Shown here: positions 10,348 to 20,063 of the stretch, piece by piece
Layout: the number at the start of each line of letters is the position of its first letter
Position numbering within the stretch: the stretch's first letter is position 1
From: an uncultured delta proteobacterium
Lineage (GTDB): Bacteria; Desulfobacterota; RBG-13-43-22
Reading direction: 5' to 3'
DNA: 64,000 nt
Assembly (NCBI GenBank): GCA_963790475.1
Contig: CAWBOS010000010.1
Coordinates: 864,001 to 928,000, forward strand
The notes under the pieces: model-generated
Database searches by the model: none
What the model was told of the DNA's origin: nothing
The model's input: only the letters and a program-made list of their open reading frames with translations
Made by a program: the position numbers and the translations under genes

Positions 10348-10764
10348 TTATTCGCCTATGATTTTTACCAAAACTCGTTTCTTTCTTCTTCCGTCAAATT
10401 CTCCGTAAAAGATTTGTTCCCAGGGACCGAAATCCAACTTCCCTTTGGTCACGGCAACCACCACTTCCCGGCCCATGACCTGGCGTTTCAAGTGGGCATC
10501 GGCATTGTCTTCCCCTACATTATGGCGATACCCGGAAACCGGCTCATGGGGGGCCAGTTTTTCAAGCCAGCGGTCATAATCCTGGTGAAGCCCTGATTCG
10601 TCGTCGTTGATAAAAACGGAAGCGGTGATGTGCATGGCATTGACTAAAACCAGCCCTTCGCTGATGCCGCTTTCTCTCAGGCATTCTTCCACCTGGGAGG
10701 TGATATTGATAAAGGCCCGGCGGGTCGGCACCTGATACCATAGTTCCTTACGATAACTTTTCAC
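10348..10764 (-). CDS. yjbQ: YjbQ/UPF0047 family protein
   Basis: [31 protein letters not shown]. Confidence 0.92.
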   Translation of the reverse strand: MKSYRKELWYQVPTRRAFINITSQVEECLRESGISEGLVLVNAMHITASVFINDDESGLHQDYDRWLEKLAPHEPVSGYRHNVGEDNADAHLKRQVMGREVVVAVTKGKLDFGPWEQIFYGEFDGRRKKRVLVKIIGE

Positions 10765-11048
10765 CTTGATTCCTCATCTCTCTTTAAAGAAAAGGACGTT
10801 CTGCGACAACCTCCTGACTTCCGGACGGTGTCCTTTAGCAGCCGGTGCAGCGCCTTCCCGGCAATCTTTTCTATCATACCTGAATAGCCATCGGAATACA
10901 TCAGCTTTTTTTGATCTTACCAAGCAGGACTGATATCTATAAAAGGTCAAATAAATCTTGATGTCAGTAATTAATTTGTCAAGATAATATTTATCATTTA
11001 TAATCAGAATAACTTGTTAGGCCTGAAGTATCAGCAGGGGAGGGTGTC

Positions 11049-11327
11049 TTGAAGCGTTTCGGTCTCGGCTTGCTCTGTGGGCTCGGTGGCTATCTTATCG
11101 TCGCCGTCGTAAGCTATTTTGCCATACTGCAGTTTTCGCCGAACAGGCATGACCGTGAACTCGAGGCGGCGATGACGAGCGTTTTCTTCATTGGACCTAT
11201 TGGAGCAGTCCTCTCATTCATACTCGGCGATTCTTATCGACGGTTTTTGAATTCAGAACGAAGTTTTTTAACAAGAAAGGTGAAGGTGAAACATGTTTAT
11301 CGTTATTATCTCTTTCCCACCCATTAA
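11049..11327 (+). CDS. Small two-TM membrane protein with replaced C-terminus
   Basis: Paralog of 15868-16068; diverges after FILG. Confidence 0.55.
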   Translation: MKRFGLGLLCGLGGYLIVAVVSYFAILQFSPNRHDRELEAAMTSVFFIGPIGAVLSFILGDSYRRFLNSERSFLTRKVKVKHVYRYYLFPTH

Positions 11328-11583
11328 GGAAGGCAGGGATGCCGATTTCCAAAGATGGTTTGCCTCTTCAAACCAAGCGTTCGGCAACTTTAGTGGCTTT
11401 ATAAGCAGAAGACTTCTGAAGCCTGTAAATGGAGGGAACTACGCGGCTATAGTTGAATTCAAGGATCAAGCTGCATTCCAAGCAATGCATAGCAGTGCTA
11501 CCCATGATGCAGAGGGCGACCAAGTGAGACCTCTCTTTGATGGTAAACCCACGCCGACATTCTACCAAGTTATTGGTGGATAG
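11293..11583 (+). CDS. Antibiotic biosynthesis monooxygenase (ABM) family protein
   Basis: GFISRRLL..., YAAIVEF...AFQAMHSS..H pattern; AAGGTG RBS. Confidence 0.8.
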   Translation: MFIVIISFPPIKEGRDADFQRWFASSNQAFGNFSGFISRRLLKPVNGGNYAAIVEFKDQAAFQAMHSSATHDAEGDQVRPLFDGKPTPTFYQVIGG

Positions 11584-11632
11584 TTTGGACGCAATATGGC
11601 AGCTCTCGTAGAGTGGGACGGGGAATTGCAAG

Positions 11633-11671
11633 CTGGTGTGGGAGGGGGGAAAAACACTCCCGTTACCCGAT
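11633..11671 (+). mobile_element. 3' remnant (end of D5 + D6) of a group IIC intron
   Basis: TGGTGTGGGAGGGGGG...CTCCCGTTACCCGAT matches class C intron ends; followed by TAGC, as expected for insertion into an attC bottom strand. Confidence 0.6.
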
Positions 11672-11679
11672 TAGCGTCC

Positions 11680-12030
11680 TCATTCAGATAATAGTGTGAT
11701 AAAGTCAGGAGAACACACAATCTTACCCACAAGATTCTGAACTGCCGGCATCAAAGCCTTGAGCGGTCTGAGTACAAGCCACATTTCCGGCAAAGCTTGT
11801 TTCCTAAGAATAATCCTCTGTGACCACCATGAACTTCCCGTTTGAGGACTTGATTGTCATTGCCAAATTCGATCTACCTTCATTCGTATCGAAGTCTATT
11901 TGATCAAGATTTCCGGTGAAGGTAACTGGAGCGGTAGCAGAGAAAGCATTTGCCAATTTGAGTTCATCTAAGAGTGCCTTTCGGATGAATTCCGAAAAAG
12001 ACGCACCATCAGGAGTTTTTATTGGTCCGA
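11680..12030 (-). pseudogene. Degraded hypothetical protein gene (cassette-like), 5'-truncated
   Basis: Manual translation GPIKTPDGASFSEFIRKALLDELK...EDYS*ETSFAGNVACTQTAQ/ALMPAVQNLVGKIV...LLSE*; one internal TAG and one frameshift; absent from the ORF track. Confidence 0.65.
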
Positions 12031-12082
12031 ATTTAATGTTTTTTTTTGGGTAAGGCCTACGAATAGAAAAACTGAATAATTT

Positions 12083-12736
12083 CTAACTAAACCTTATCCG
12101 GTTTATATCCTGATTGAATTCAATGGCAAACTTGTCAAATGCTTTATTAAGCATATCAAGGTTTAGAGGAAGCGGAGTGGCTCGGGAAGGCCTTTTCATT
12201 TCCCTTACATCAACATCATAAACCTTATGAAAAATATACTTTTCATCTCTGTCTAGGATAGAAACCTCTACCTTCATGATCCCATGGAATTCGGATTTTG
12301 CTGCGGGAGCAAGCAATGGACCTATAATTGGGAAAGCAAAAATTTCATTAGGTTTAACTGTTGGATACCATGCCTTCAGCTTGAGTTCTGCCTTGTTACC
12401 TTGAGGGTTGTCCCCGAACTGTTTCAAGACCATTTTTTGGAAGACATCAAAAAGGGAAGAATCATATGCCGGATCTCCCAATGTAACTGTCGGTAATACA
12501 TACTGAACTACAAACTTCTTCTCAGTCTTAAATCTATCATCTCTTTCATCAAGGAAGACAAAGTTAATATTGCTATTCTTTTCAACTCTTGCCTGATTTT
12601 CTATTAATAGCCCCGTCTTACGATAGTTGTCGTGAGCACATCCCCAGGTTCCCAAAACCAGAAGCGGGAGAAAGATAGAAACAGAGTATTTGACCAGAAA
12701 ATTATATTTATTCAGAAAATATTTTATGGATCCCAT
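12083..12736 (-). CDS. Hypothetical lipoprotein
   Basis: Hydrophobic N-terminus ending GTWGC (lipobox-like); AGGGAG RBS before ATG 12736; AT-rich. Confidence 0.6.
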   Translation of the reverse strand: MGSIKYFLNKYNFLVKYSVSIFLPLLVLGTWGCAHDNYRKTGLLIENQARVEKNSNINFVFLDERDDRFKTEKKFVVQYVLPTVTLGDPAYDSSLFDVFQKMVLKQFGDNPQGNKAELKLKAWYPTVKPNEIFAFPIIGPLLAPAAKSEFHGIMKVEVSILDRDEKYIFHKVYDVDVREMKRPSRATPLPLNLDMLNKAFDKFAIEFNQDINRIRFS

Positions 12737-13234
12737 CAATTTTCTCCCTGTGTAGCTTTTTTGCAATAACGATCTTTACGCCCTTTTACAATACCAATAG
12801 AATATATGGTGGTATTTTGGACTTTAATTTAACCATTAATGTGGTCTTTGTCAAATAAACCAAGATTTTTGGAATGGTATTGAAAAATAGGTAATGATTA
12901 TTTTTATAAAGGAGGGGAGAATAATATATCCCAATGCTAAATATCGTTAAGATGTTGTCTTTCTAGAGGTAGAATTATAGGTCTTTCAAATACCTAGGTG
13001 CAGGACTTTCACAGCTTATGGTACGTTGATGATACTTGTTACGGTCAATTTTCTTCAGACAGGGGGAAAGGGGGAAGCAAGAAGCTCGATTAGATGGCCC
13101 TTTCTTGCTAATATTTATTCATCTAGACATATTTTTTCTATTGGTCCAAGCAATACCAGTCAGAGTAAGGGAGAGAAAATTTTAATTGAAAACCTGCTCT
13201 CTGCTGTCATGATTTTAATTGTCTTAACCATTAG

Positions 13235-14137
13235 CTATGGCATTTGGGTACGAGGATACTGATGCCATTTACGATAGATATATCGAAAAGCCACATTCCT
13301 GGAGTACTTTGCCTCAGTGGTAGGCTTATAGTCCGGCCCTTCAAGATTTCCGATGACCTTTTGGATAATATCGGCACCGATTATTTTCACAGAGGCATTA
13401 TAACCGTTAAAAAGGGCATTATCGCAGATGTTGTTGATCTGCCTGGGGATTCCTTCAGCCTTTTCAACTATCAGGGAAATGGCCTGGGGGGAAAAAATTT
13501 CACTCGAATACTTTCCGACCCTTCTCAGTCGATGCTCGATATAATCCAGCGATTCTTTCGCTGACAGAGATTTGATCTTTATCCCCAGAGGGGTCTTCTG
13601 GAGCCGGTTCCTATAAAAAGCGGCAACGTAGGTTTCCTCAAGCTCTGGCTGCCCAACTAGGACAATCTGGAGGGTTTCGGAAATCCAGGGTTCCAATTCG
13701 AAGAGGTGGAACAGATCCTCGACCACATCCTTTGGGAGTAAATGGGCTTCATCGATCAGGACGGCCAGTAACTCCCCCTGCTCCCTGATCTCTCTCAAAT
13801 AAACCAAGAATGGCTTTTTGAGTTCTTGGGTCTCTTCAAAAGCTGTTGGTTCTCCCAACTCAAATAAGATCTGTTGGAGCAATTCGTTAAATGCGTAAGT
13901 GGAATGGAAAATAAAAGCCGTTTTTACTTTTTGGGGGAGCCTCTCCATGACCTCGTGAATCAACATGGTTTTCCCTGTTCCAACTTCGCCTATAAGGACC
14001 ATCAACCCCTTTCTTTCATTTATTCCTCTTAATATAGTCTCCAGGGCCATCTTGTAACTCCTGGTCAGATAAAGAAACGTGAGGTCTGGCGATAATTCGA
14101 AAGGTTTATCCGAAAAACCATAAAAGTCTAATAGCAT
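13235..14137 (-). CDS. ExeA/GspA-like AAA ATPase
   Basis: FYGFSDKPF start, GEVGTGKT Walker A, LIDEAH Walker B, LVGQPEL, GIPRQINNICDNAL. Confidence 0.88.
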   Translation of the reverse strand: MLLDFYGFSDKPFELSPDLTFLYLTRSYKMALETILRGINERKGLMVLIGEVGTGKTMLIHEVMERLPQKVKTAFIFHSTYAFNELLQQILFELGEPTAFEETQELKKPFLVYLREIREQGELLAVLIDEAHLLPKDVVEDLFHLFELEPWISETLQIVLVGQPELEETYVAAFYRNRLQKTPLGIKIKSLSAKESLDYIEHRLRRVGKYSSEIFSPQAISLIVEKAEGIPRQINNICDNALFNGYNASVKIIGADIIQKVIGNLEGPDYKPTTEAKYSRNVAFRYIYRKWHQYPRTQMP

Positions 14138-14331
14138 GAAATATCATCCTTTGTTTTTTACACCCATGTTATCAAATGATATGGGCTCTTTTTTCAAAAA
14201 CAGCCTGCCGATTGTGAGGGATTTAGATCGGGCGGTCAGACTATTGATAATTCAAGTTTTCATGTATCCTTAACTTCAGGGAAAAATGAATGGGACAAGA
14301 AAAGATTTATGAAGCTTCTTCTTTTCTTCAC

Positions 14332-14346
14332 GCAAAAGATGTGCCG
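14332..14346 (-). promoter_or_regulatory. sigma54 -24/-12 promoter upstream of the ExeA-like gene
   Basis: CGGCAC-ATCTT-TTGC on the minus strand (GG-N10-GC). Confidence 0.55.
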
Positions 14347-14896
14347 TTTTTTTATTTTTTATATCTCAATGAAATAAAAAAGTTTTTATAAGACAGAGGA
14401 TTTTTGGAAAGGGTCAAATGATTGAGTTTTCCTACAGAAGTCAGAAAGGAAATGCATGATATTTCATACATGCTTCTAGTAACCTGAATTTTTCTCGATA
14501 AATCTTTCTTCGATCTCTCGAAACAATCCCCTTTAACCGAACTGTGAGACACTACAAGCATAGGTCGATCATTGAGACTGCTCTGTCTGCGTTCAAGAGA
14601 TGGAAGAGCTTAAAATCGATTATTTTCAATTAAACCTATCCCTTAAAACCAAAGGTCATTTCTTCCCAAAAAATAAGACAAATTAAAAGAAAATCGATTT
14701 ATTTTTTATGAAAAAAAGGCTGATAATGGGTTGTTAATTTTATTAGCAGTCCAATGACAGTCTTTCATCGTTTATTTATCGTTTGTGATGTGGTCGAGTC
14801 CTGATCCTCTACCAGCTTCAGAGCCATGATACGAACCATATCGTGATAGCGAGTACCGGACATTGTAAAAATGGAATTCATACCCTTTAATATTTA

Positions 14897-15277
14897 TTAA
14901 TTGTTCTTACCGCTAATCGGCAAGGATCGGATACGAAGGCGGGATTGTTCAAAGACTACGACGCTTCCTTGCTCTAAAGCCTCTAATAATATATCTAAAT
15001 TTCTTTGGAGAAGTGTGATTTGATCCTCGGGTCGTCTTTCTGTTCCACGCCGAAATAAAATCACCGATGGTTTGTTTTCCTGACGAAGAGCCAATAAGGT
15101 GGAAAAGTCGGTATCGGCTGAAATAATCACACGATCTTCAGCATACGCCAGTGAGAAAATTGCTTCGTCTTCTGCTGCTTGCATCCCCAAGTCACGCACA
15201 TGGACGGCATCATATCCTTGTTGGCGCAAGGCCTTGGCTACTATGGGGGAGAGAGCGTTGTCTATCAGGAATTTCAT
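14897..15277 (-). CDS. DUF5615 family PIN-like toxin
   Basis: [19 protein letters not shown]...[13 protein letters not shown]. Confidence 0.88.
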   Translation of the reverse strand: MKFLIDNALSPIVAKALRQQGYDAVHVRDLGMQAAEDEAIFSLAYAEDRVIISADTDFSTLLALRQENKPSVILFRRGTERRPEDQITLLQRNLDILLEALEQGSVVVFEQSRLRIRSLPISGKNN

Positions 15278-15504
15278 GAAGCCATCAATAAAGGCAATTC
15301 ACGCTCCCGAACAGCTTCAGCCGCGTAACGCAATGATTCCTGAATATCTTCAGGCTCCAAATCAGGAAAGGCTTGAAGAATTTCTTCTGTTCCCATCCCT
15401 TCGGCGACCATTCCAACTACAGTTGCCACAGGGATTCGAAGCCCGCGAAGACAAGGAATCCCCCCCATTTGAGCAGGATTAACCGTAATTCGTCTGAATG
15501 CCAT
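15274..15504 (-). CDS. DUF433 family antitoxin
   Basis: [22 protein letters not shown]...[15 protein letters not shown]; overlaps the toxin start. Confidence 0.9.
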   Translation of the reverse strand: MAFRRITVNPAQMGGIPCLRGLRIPVATVVGMVAEGMGTEEILQAFPDLEPEDIQESLRYAAEAVRERELPLLMAS

Positions 15505-15867
15505 TTTCTACCTCCCAGGACTATTTGGTTAAGATTATACCTGATTAGCCGGTGGAATACATCAGTTTTTTTGACCCTGCTGATTCAGAGTTGGAGTGCA
15601 AAGGCTTAAAATATTGTCAAGGTAATCTTTATCATTTATAATGGGTAACTGGATTGTTAGAGATATTTAATGCCAGTGAACCTCTAACATCGGGAGCGGC
15701 ACCAACTTCGTGATAAGTTATAGAAAAAAATGATCGGTAAAGAGTGCCTTAAAGTGACCTTTTTACCCCAAAAAGAAAGTTCCAAGAGAAACCATAATGC
15801 TGCGAGGCAATCGATATTTCGCGCCGAATCAAGGGACCAGCATCATCATAAGCAGGGGAGGGTGGCG

Positions 15868-16068
15868 GTGAAGCGTTTTGGTCTCGGCCTGCTCTGTGGG
15901 CTTGGTGGCTATCTCATCGTCGCCGTCGTAAGCTATTTTGCCGTATTACAGTTTTCGCCGAACAGGCATGACCGCGAGCTCGAGGCCGCAATGACGAGTG
16001 TTTTTTTCTTTGGGCCTATTGGTGCGGCCCTCTCGTTCATATTCGGAATTACCCTGGGTGGCCGTTGA
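15868..16068 (+). CDS. Small two-TM membrane protein (intact copy)
   Basis: GGGGAGG RBS + GTG; NRHDRELEAAMT loop between two hydrophobic segments; three copies in the window. Confidence 0.65.
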   Translation: MKRFGLGLLCGLGGYLIVAVVSYFAVLQFSPNRHDRELEAAMTSVFFFGPIGAALSFIFGITLGGR

Positions 16069-16261
16069 GCAGCAAAATCTCATCTCGACGCTTAAGATAA
16101 AAGGGACGGTTCTCTATAGAGGCCATTTTGATCCCCAAAAAGTTTGTTTAAGGCAAATTATTGGCCTCAACTGGTACGTTTATCATGATATTAAACAGGT
16201 TTGGTCTGGTCCGGCCTCAAAAGAAACGGTGTAACGATAACCTTTTGGAGTTGATTAAATA

Positions 16262-17224
16262 ATGAAAGCCATTATTTTTGATACCGAACTGAAATATCTC
16301 GAAGACTATCCTGTTCCTGAACCGGGGCCGAATGAGGCCCTGGTCAAAGTCCTGATGGCCGGGATTTGCAATACGGACCTGGAAATCACTAAGGGCTACA
16401 TGGGATTCAAAGGCGTTCTGGGTCACGAGTTTGTTGGTCTGGTGGAGAAGGTTAACGGGCCGGATCAGCAACTGGTCGGACAGCGGGTAGTCGGCGAGAT
16501 CAACTGTTATTGCGGCACTTGCGATTATTGTCAAAAGGAAATGAAGACCCATTGCCCCAACCGGTTCACCTTGGGCATCAAGAACAAAGACGGTGCCTTT
16601 GCCCAGTTCCTCACCTTACCGGTTTCCAACCTTTGGGCCGTCCCCCCCCAACTGACGGACGAGGCAGCAGTCTTCGTCGAACCCCTCGCGGCCGCTTTCG
16701 AGATCCTGGAACAGATACATCTAACCCCCACCAATCGCGTCTTGGTGCTGGGCGATGGAAAACTCGGGCTGCTCTGCGCCTTCGTCCTTAACCTGGTCGG
16801 CCTGGAAGTAACCGTTTCCGGAAACCACACGGAAAAACTCCGCCTGGCCTCGGAACAGCATATCGTCACCATCCACCGGTCTGACCTCAAACCGGCAAAG
16901 AGTTATGACGTAATAATAGAGGCCACTGGGTCAGCGGCCGGCTTCGAGACCGCCGCTCAATGCGTGCGGCCCCGAGGCTTTATCGTGTTGAAGAGCACCA
17001 TTGCCGCCGGAAAAGAGATGAACCTCACGTCCCTGGTAATAGATGAGATTACCCTCTTAGGATCCCGCTGCGGCCCCTTCGGCCCGGCCCTCCGGACTAT
17101 GGCTAAGGGTATCCTTCCCCTCAGGCAAATGATAACCGGGATTTACAGACCGGAACAATGTAAGGAAGCCTTTGCAAAGGCCAGTGAACGCGGGACCCTC
17201 AAGATCCTGTTTGATTTTCGATAA
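16262..17224 (+). CDS. Zinc-dependent (MDR) alcohol dehydrogenase family protein
   Basis: GICNTD, GHEFVG, CGTCDYC...HC structural Zn site, GDGKLG. Confidence 0.9.
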   Translation: MKAIIFDTELKYLEDYPVPEPGPNEALVKVLMAGICNTDLEITKGYMGFKGVLGHEFVGLVEKVNGPDQQLVGQRVVGEINCYCGTCDYCQKEMKTHCPNRFTLGIKNKDGAFAQFLTLPVSNLWAVPPQLTDEAAVFVEPLAAAFEILEQIHLTPTNRVLVLGDGKLGLLCAFVLNLVGLEVTVSGNHTEKLRLASEQHIVTIHRSDLKPAKSYDVIIEATGSAAGFETAAQCVRPRGFIVLKSTIAAGKEMNLTSLVIDEITLLGSRCGPFGPALRTMAKGILPLRQMITGIYRPEQCKEAFAKASERGTLKILFDFR

Positions 17225-17295
17225 CCGAGCAAGGGGTGGGGTGGGTCCGACCCCTTTTGAACCCAAAAGCCAACCAGCAACCATAGGAGGAAAAT

Positions 17296-17766
17296 ATGCG
17301 ATCATTTTTGGTGACCTTGGCGATTTTAATTTCCTTGATATCGGCCGACACCGGTCACACTGATTTCTTAAAAGATCTTGCCTGCCACCGGGGTCTTAGC
17401 AAGGATTGTCTCAGAACCCATAGAGAGAATCCCAATGGGATACTTCCTTCCGGTGCCAGGCTTCATACAGGAGAGTCCATTTGGGCACCGAGCGGTGAAT
17501 TTGAACTGAGTTGCCAGAGAGATGGCAACTTGGTTCTTTACCGCGACAGGACGCCTATCTGGTCGACAGGAACTGCCGGAAGGGAAGTCAGAGAATGTAT
17601 TATGCAGCCTGATGGTAATCTCGTTTTGTACGGCCATGACAGGGAACCGGTTTGGTCATCAAACACCTTTGGAAACCCCGGTTCTTTTCTGGCAGTTCAG
17701 GATGACGGGAATGTTGTCATTTATAAACCGGTATACCCGGTCTGGTCGACGGGCACTTATCATTAA
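17296..17766 (+). CDS. Secreted bulb-type (B-/GNA-like) lectin domain protein
   Basis: Signal peptide plus three QxDGNxVxY motifs; AGGAGG RBS. Confidence 0.88.
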   Translation: MRSFLVTLAILISLISADTGHTDFLKDLACHRGLSKDCLRTHRENPNGILPSGARLHTGESIWAPSGEFELSCQRDGNLVLYRDRTPIWSTGTAGREVRECIMQPDGNLVLYGHDREPVWSSNTFGNPGSFLAVQDDGNVVIYKPVYPVWSTGTYH

Positions 17767-17793
17767 TTGGATATTTTTCATAATCATAGGGTG

Positions 17794-18365
17794 ATGAAAC
17801 GTTTCGGTCTCGGTCTGCTCTGTGGGCTCGGTGGCTACTTCGTCGCCGCCGTCGTAAGCTATTTTGCCATACTGCAGTTTTCGCCGAACAGGCATGACCG
17901 CGAACTCGAGGCGGCGATGACGAGCGTTTTCTTCATTGGACCTATTGGAGCAGTCCTCTCATTCATACTCGGCGATTCTTATCGACGGTTTTTGAATTCA
18001 GAACGAAGTTTTTTAACAAGAAAGGTGAAGGTGAAACATGTTTATCGTTATTATCTCTTTCCCACCCATTAAGGAAGGCAGGGATGCCGATTTCCAAAGA
18101 TGGTTTGCCTCTTCAAACCAAGCGTTCGGCAACTTTAGTGGCTTTATAAGCAGAAGACTTCTGAAGCCTGTAAATGGAGGGAACTACGCGGCTATAGTTG
18201 AATTCAAGGATCAAGCTGCATTCCAAGCAATGCATAGCAGTGCTACCCATGATGCAGAGGGCGACCAAGTGAGACCTCTCTTTGATGGTAAACCCACGCC
18301 GACATTCTACCAAGTTATTGGTGGATAGTTTGGACGCAATATGGCAGCTCTCGTAGAGTGGGACG
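17794..18365 (+). repeat. Segmental duplication copy B
   Basis: Near-identical to 11049-11620. Confidence 0.95.
18038..18328 (+). CDS. ABM family protein (same protein sequence as 11293-11583)
   Basis: Identical translation in the ORF track. Confidence 0.8.
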   Translation: MFIVIISFPPIKEGRDADFQRWFASSNQAFGNFSGFISRRLLKPVNGGNYAAIVEFKDQAAFQAMHSSATHDAEGDQVRPLFDGKPTPTFYQVIGG

Positions 18366-18425
18366 TTATCCAAGCCCGGAACAAGCAGCTGAATCGACTG
18401 AATCGGCGCTGAATCGCTGAATCGG

Positions 18426-18739
18426 GGTCATCAGATGAAGAGGCTTATCCATGAAGACGGTCATGTCACAGAGGGCACTGTATGCGTACCATCCATGCCG
18501 AACAGAATGCTATTTGTCAGGCAGCGAAACAAGGTGTTTCCGTGGAAGGAGCAACCCTATACACGAGAATGACTCCTTGCCGCACTTGCGCGATGCTCAT
18601 TATCAACTGTGGCATCAAGAGGGTGTTTTGTGAGAGGCGATATCACTCCGGCCAAGAATCAGAACATATGTTTCTGGAGGCCGGAATCCATTTGGAGTAC
18701 AAGTACCAAGAACTTCAGCAATACCAAGACGAGACTTAA
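18426..18739 (+). pseudogene. dCMP/cytidine deaminase (ComEB-like), 5'-truncated
   Basis: HAEQNA and PCRTC zinc motifs; N-terminal part missing, frameshift before HCMRT. Confidence 0.8.
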
Positions 18740-18791
18740 CAGCCTTATGCAGACGGACTCGTTACACTCGCGGCTGATCCAGGCATTGGGG
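18734..18791 (+). other. attC-like integron recombination site (58 bp, degenerate R')
   Basis: R'' ACTTAAC overlapping the stop codon, spacer AGCCT, L'' TATGCAG with extra-helical G, L' GCTGATC, spacer CAGGC, R' ATTGGGG. Confidence 0.6.
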
Positions 18792-19038
18792 AGAAATAAC
18801 GGATCAAAACCCACAAAGAATATTCCTGCAAGCCCTTCTCCATACCTTTTCGATCCAACTCTTCAGTGCCGGAATGCGGGTCGAGAGAGGAGATAGGGAT
18901 AGATCTTAAAACATCCATAAATATATGAATAATAGACAATAAAAATTACTTGAAAAGCGGATTCGCTTGTCTTACACTCAAATCGTCAACAAAAATATCG
19001 TATAAGAATCTCCTACAGGATCCTAAAGGCGATATAAA

Positions 19039-20063
19039 ATGGCGAGGCGAATAAACGAAACAAAGTCCGGTGGGCTAAGAAGAATTTTGAAGAGTTTAAG
19101 CCTCGCCGCTTCAAGTGGCTATTCGTATTGCAGACATGGGTTGTCTGTGTTCATCAGGCAGATTGCTCTCCTCATCAAACAAATCAGCAAAACAATATGG
19201 GGCTGGCTAGGCCAATTATGGAAAGCCTTGAACCGCTCCCGTTCGAAGGGATATCCCTATTACCGGCATCCGTTGCCTGTACGCATCATGCACTGGAGCA
19301 ATGTCGTTTTGCTGGCCACACTCCTGATGAGCGGTCTCAATATTTTCAATGCCCATCCGGCGCTCTACTGGGGCAAGTCGTCTTACCGCGGCGTTCCCCC
19401 GGTATTGGAGATACGAGGCAAAGAAAACGATGAAGGAGAAATCTCCGGCCTCACCCGCGTCTTTGGCCACGAATTCAATACAACCGGATTCCTCGGCGCC
19501 TCCAAAAACTCGGCGGGAGAATTAACCGAACGTGGCTTCCCGTCCTGGCTTACCATACCCGACTGAGCAATGGCTTGCCATGGCCCGACGCTGGCACTTT
19601 TTTTGCGCCTGGCTGTTCGTGGTAAACGGCCTCACCTTTGTGACCTACATCCATTGTGAGCCGGCATTTGCAGCGGGATCTTCTTCCCACCAGGCAGGAT
19701 TGGCGTTCGATAGGCAGAACGATTATCGATCATCTGCGCTTTCGACATCCCAAGGGCGAGGCGGCCAAGCGACTACAACGTACTGCAGAAAATGCGCCTA
19801 TTTGGTGGTGATCTTCTTCCTTCTCCCCCTGATGATCCTGATGGGACTGGGTATGTCGCCGGCGATGGACGCCTTATATCCCCGGCTGGGTGGATCTCTT
19901 TTTCGGCCGACAATCCGTGAGGACTATCCATTTCATCGTCGCCTGGGCGCTGGTGCTGTTCGTGATCATTCATGTGTTTATGGTGATCATCACCGGCTTC
20001 TGGAACAACCTTCGCTCGATGATTACCGGATACTACAGGATCAAATCGGAGGCGAGATCATGA
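19039..20063 (+). CDS. Cytochrome b/b6 domain membrane protein (partner of the MsrP-like enzyme), several frameshifts
   Basis: RHPLPVRIMHW, LLMSGLNIFNAHPALYWG, ARRWHFF; pieces spread over frames. Confidence 0.75.

Larger units (their letters stand above)
11049..11620 (+). repeat. Segmental duplication copy A (small membrane gene + ABM gene); copy B at 17794-18365
   Basis: Colinear near-identical sequence at offset 6745. Confidence 0.95.

Noticed and set aside
11049-18365. DGR template/variable repeat pair linked to the RTs
   Set aside because: Differences between copies are not adenine-specific, the ABM part is identical, and both RTs are intron-type
19564-19566. Selenocysteine TGA in the cytochrome b gene
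   Set aside because: Downstream homology continues in a different frame, so it is an indel
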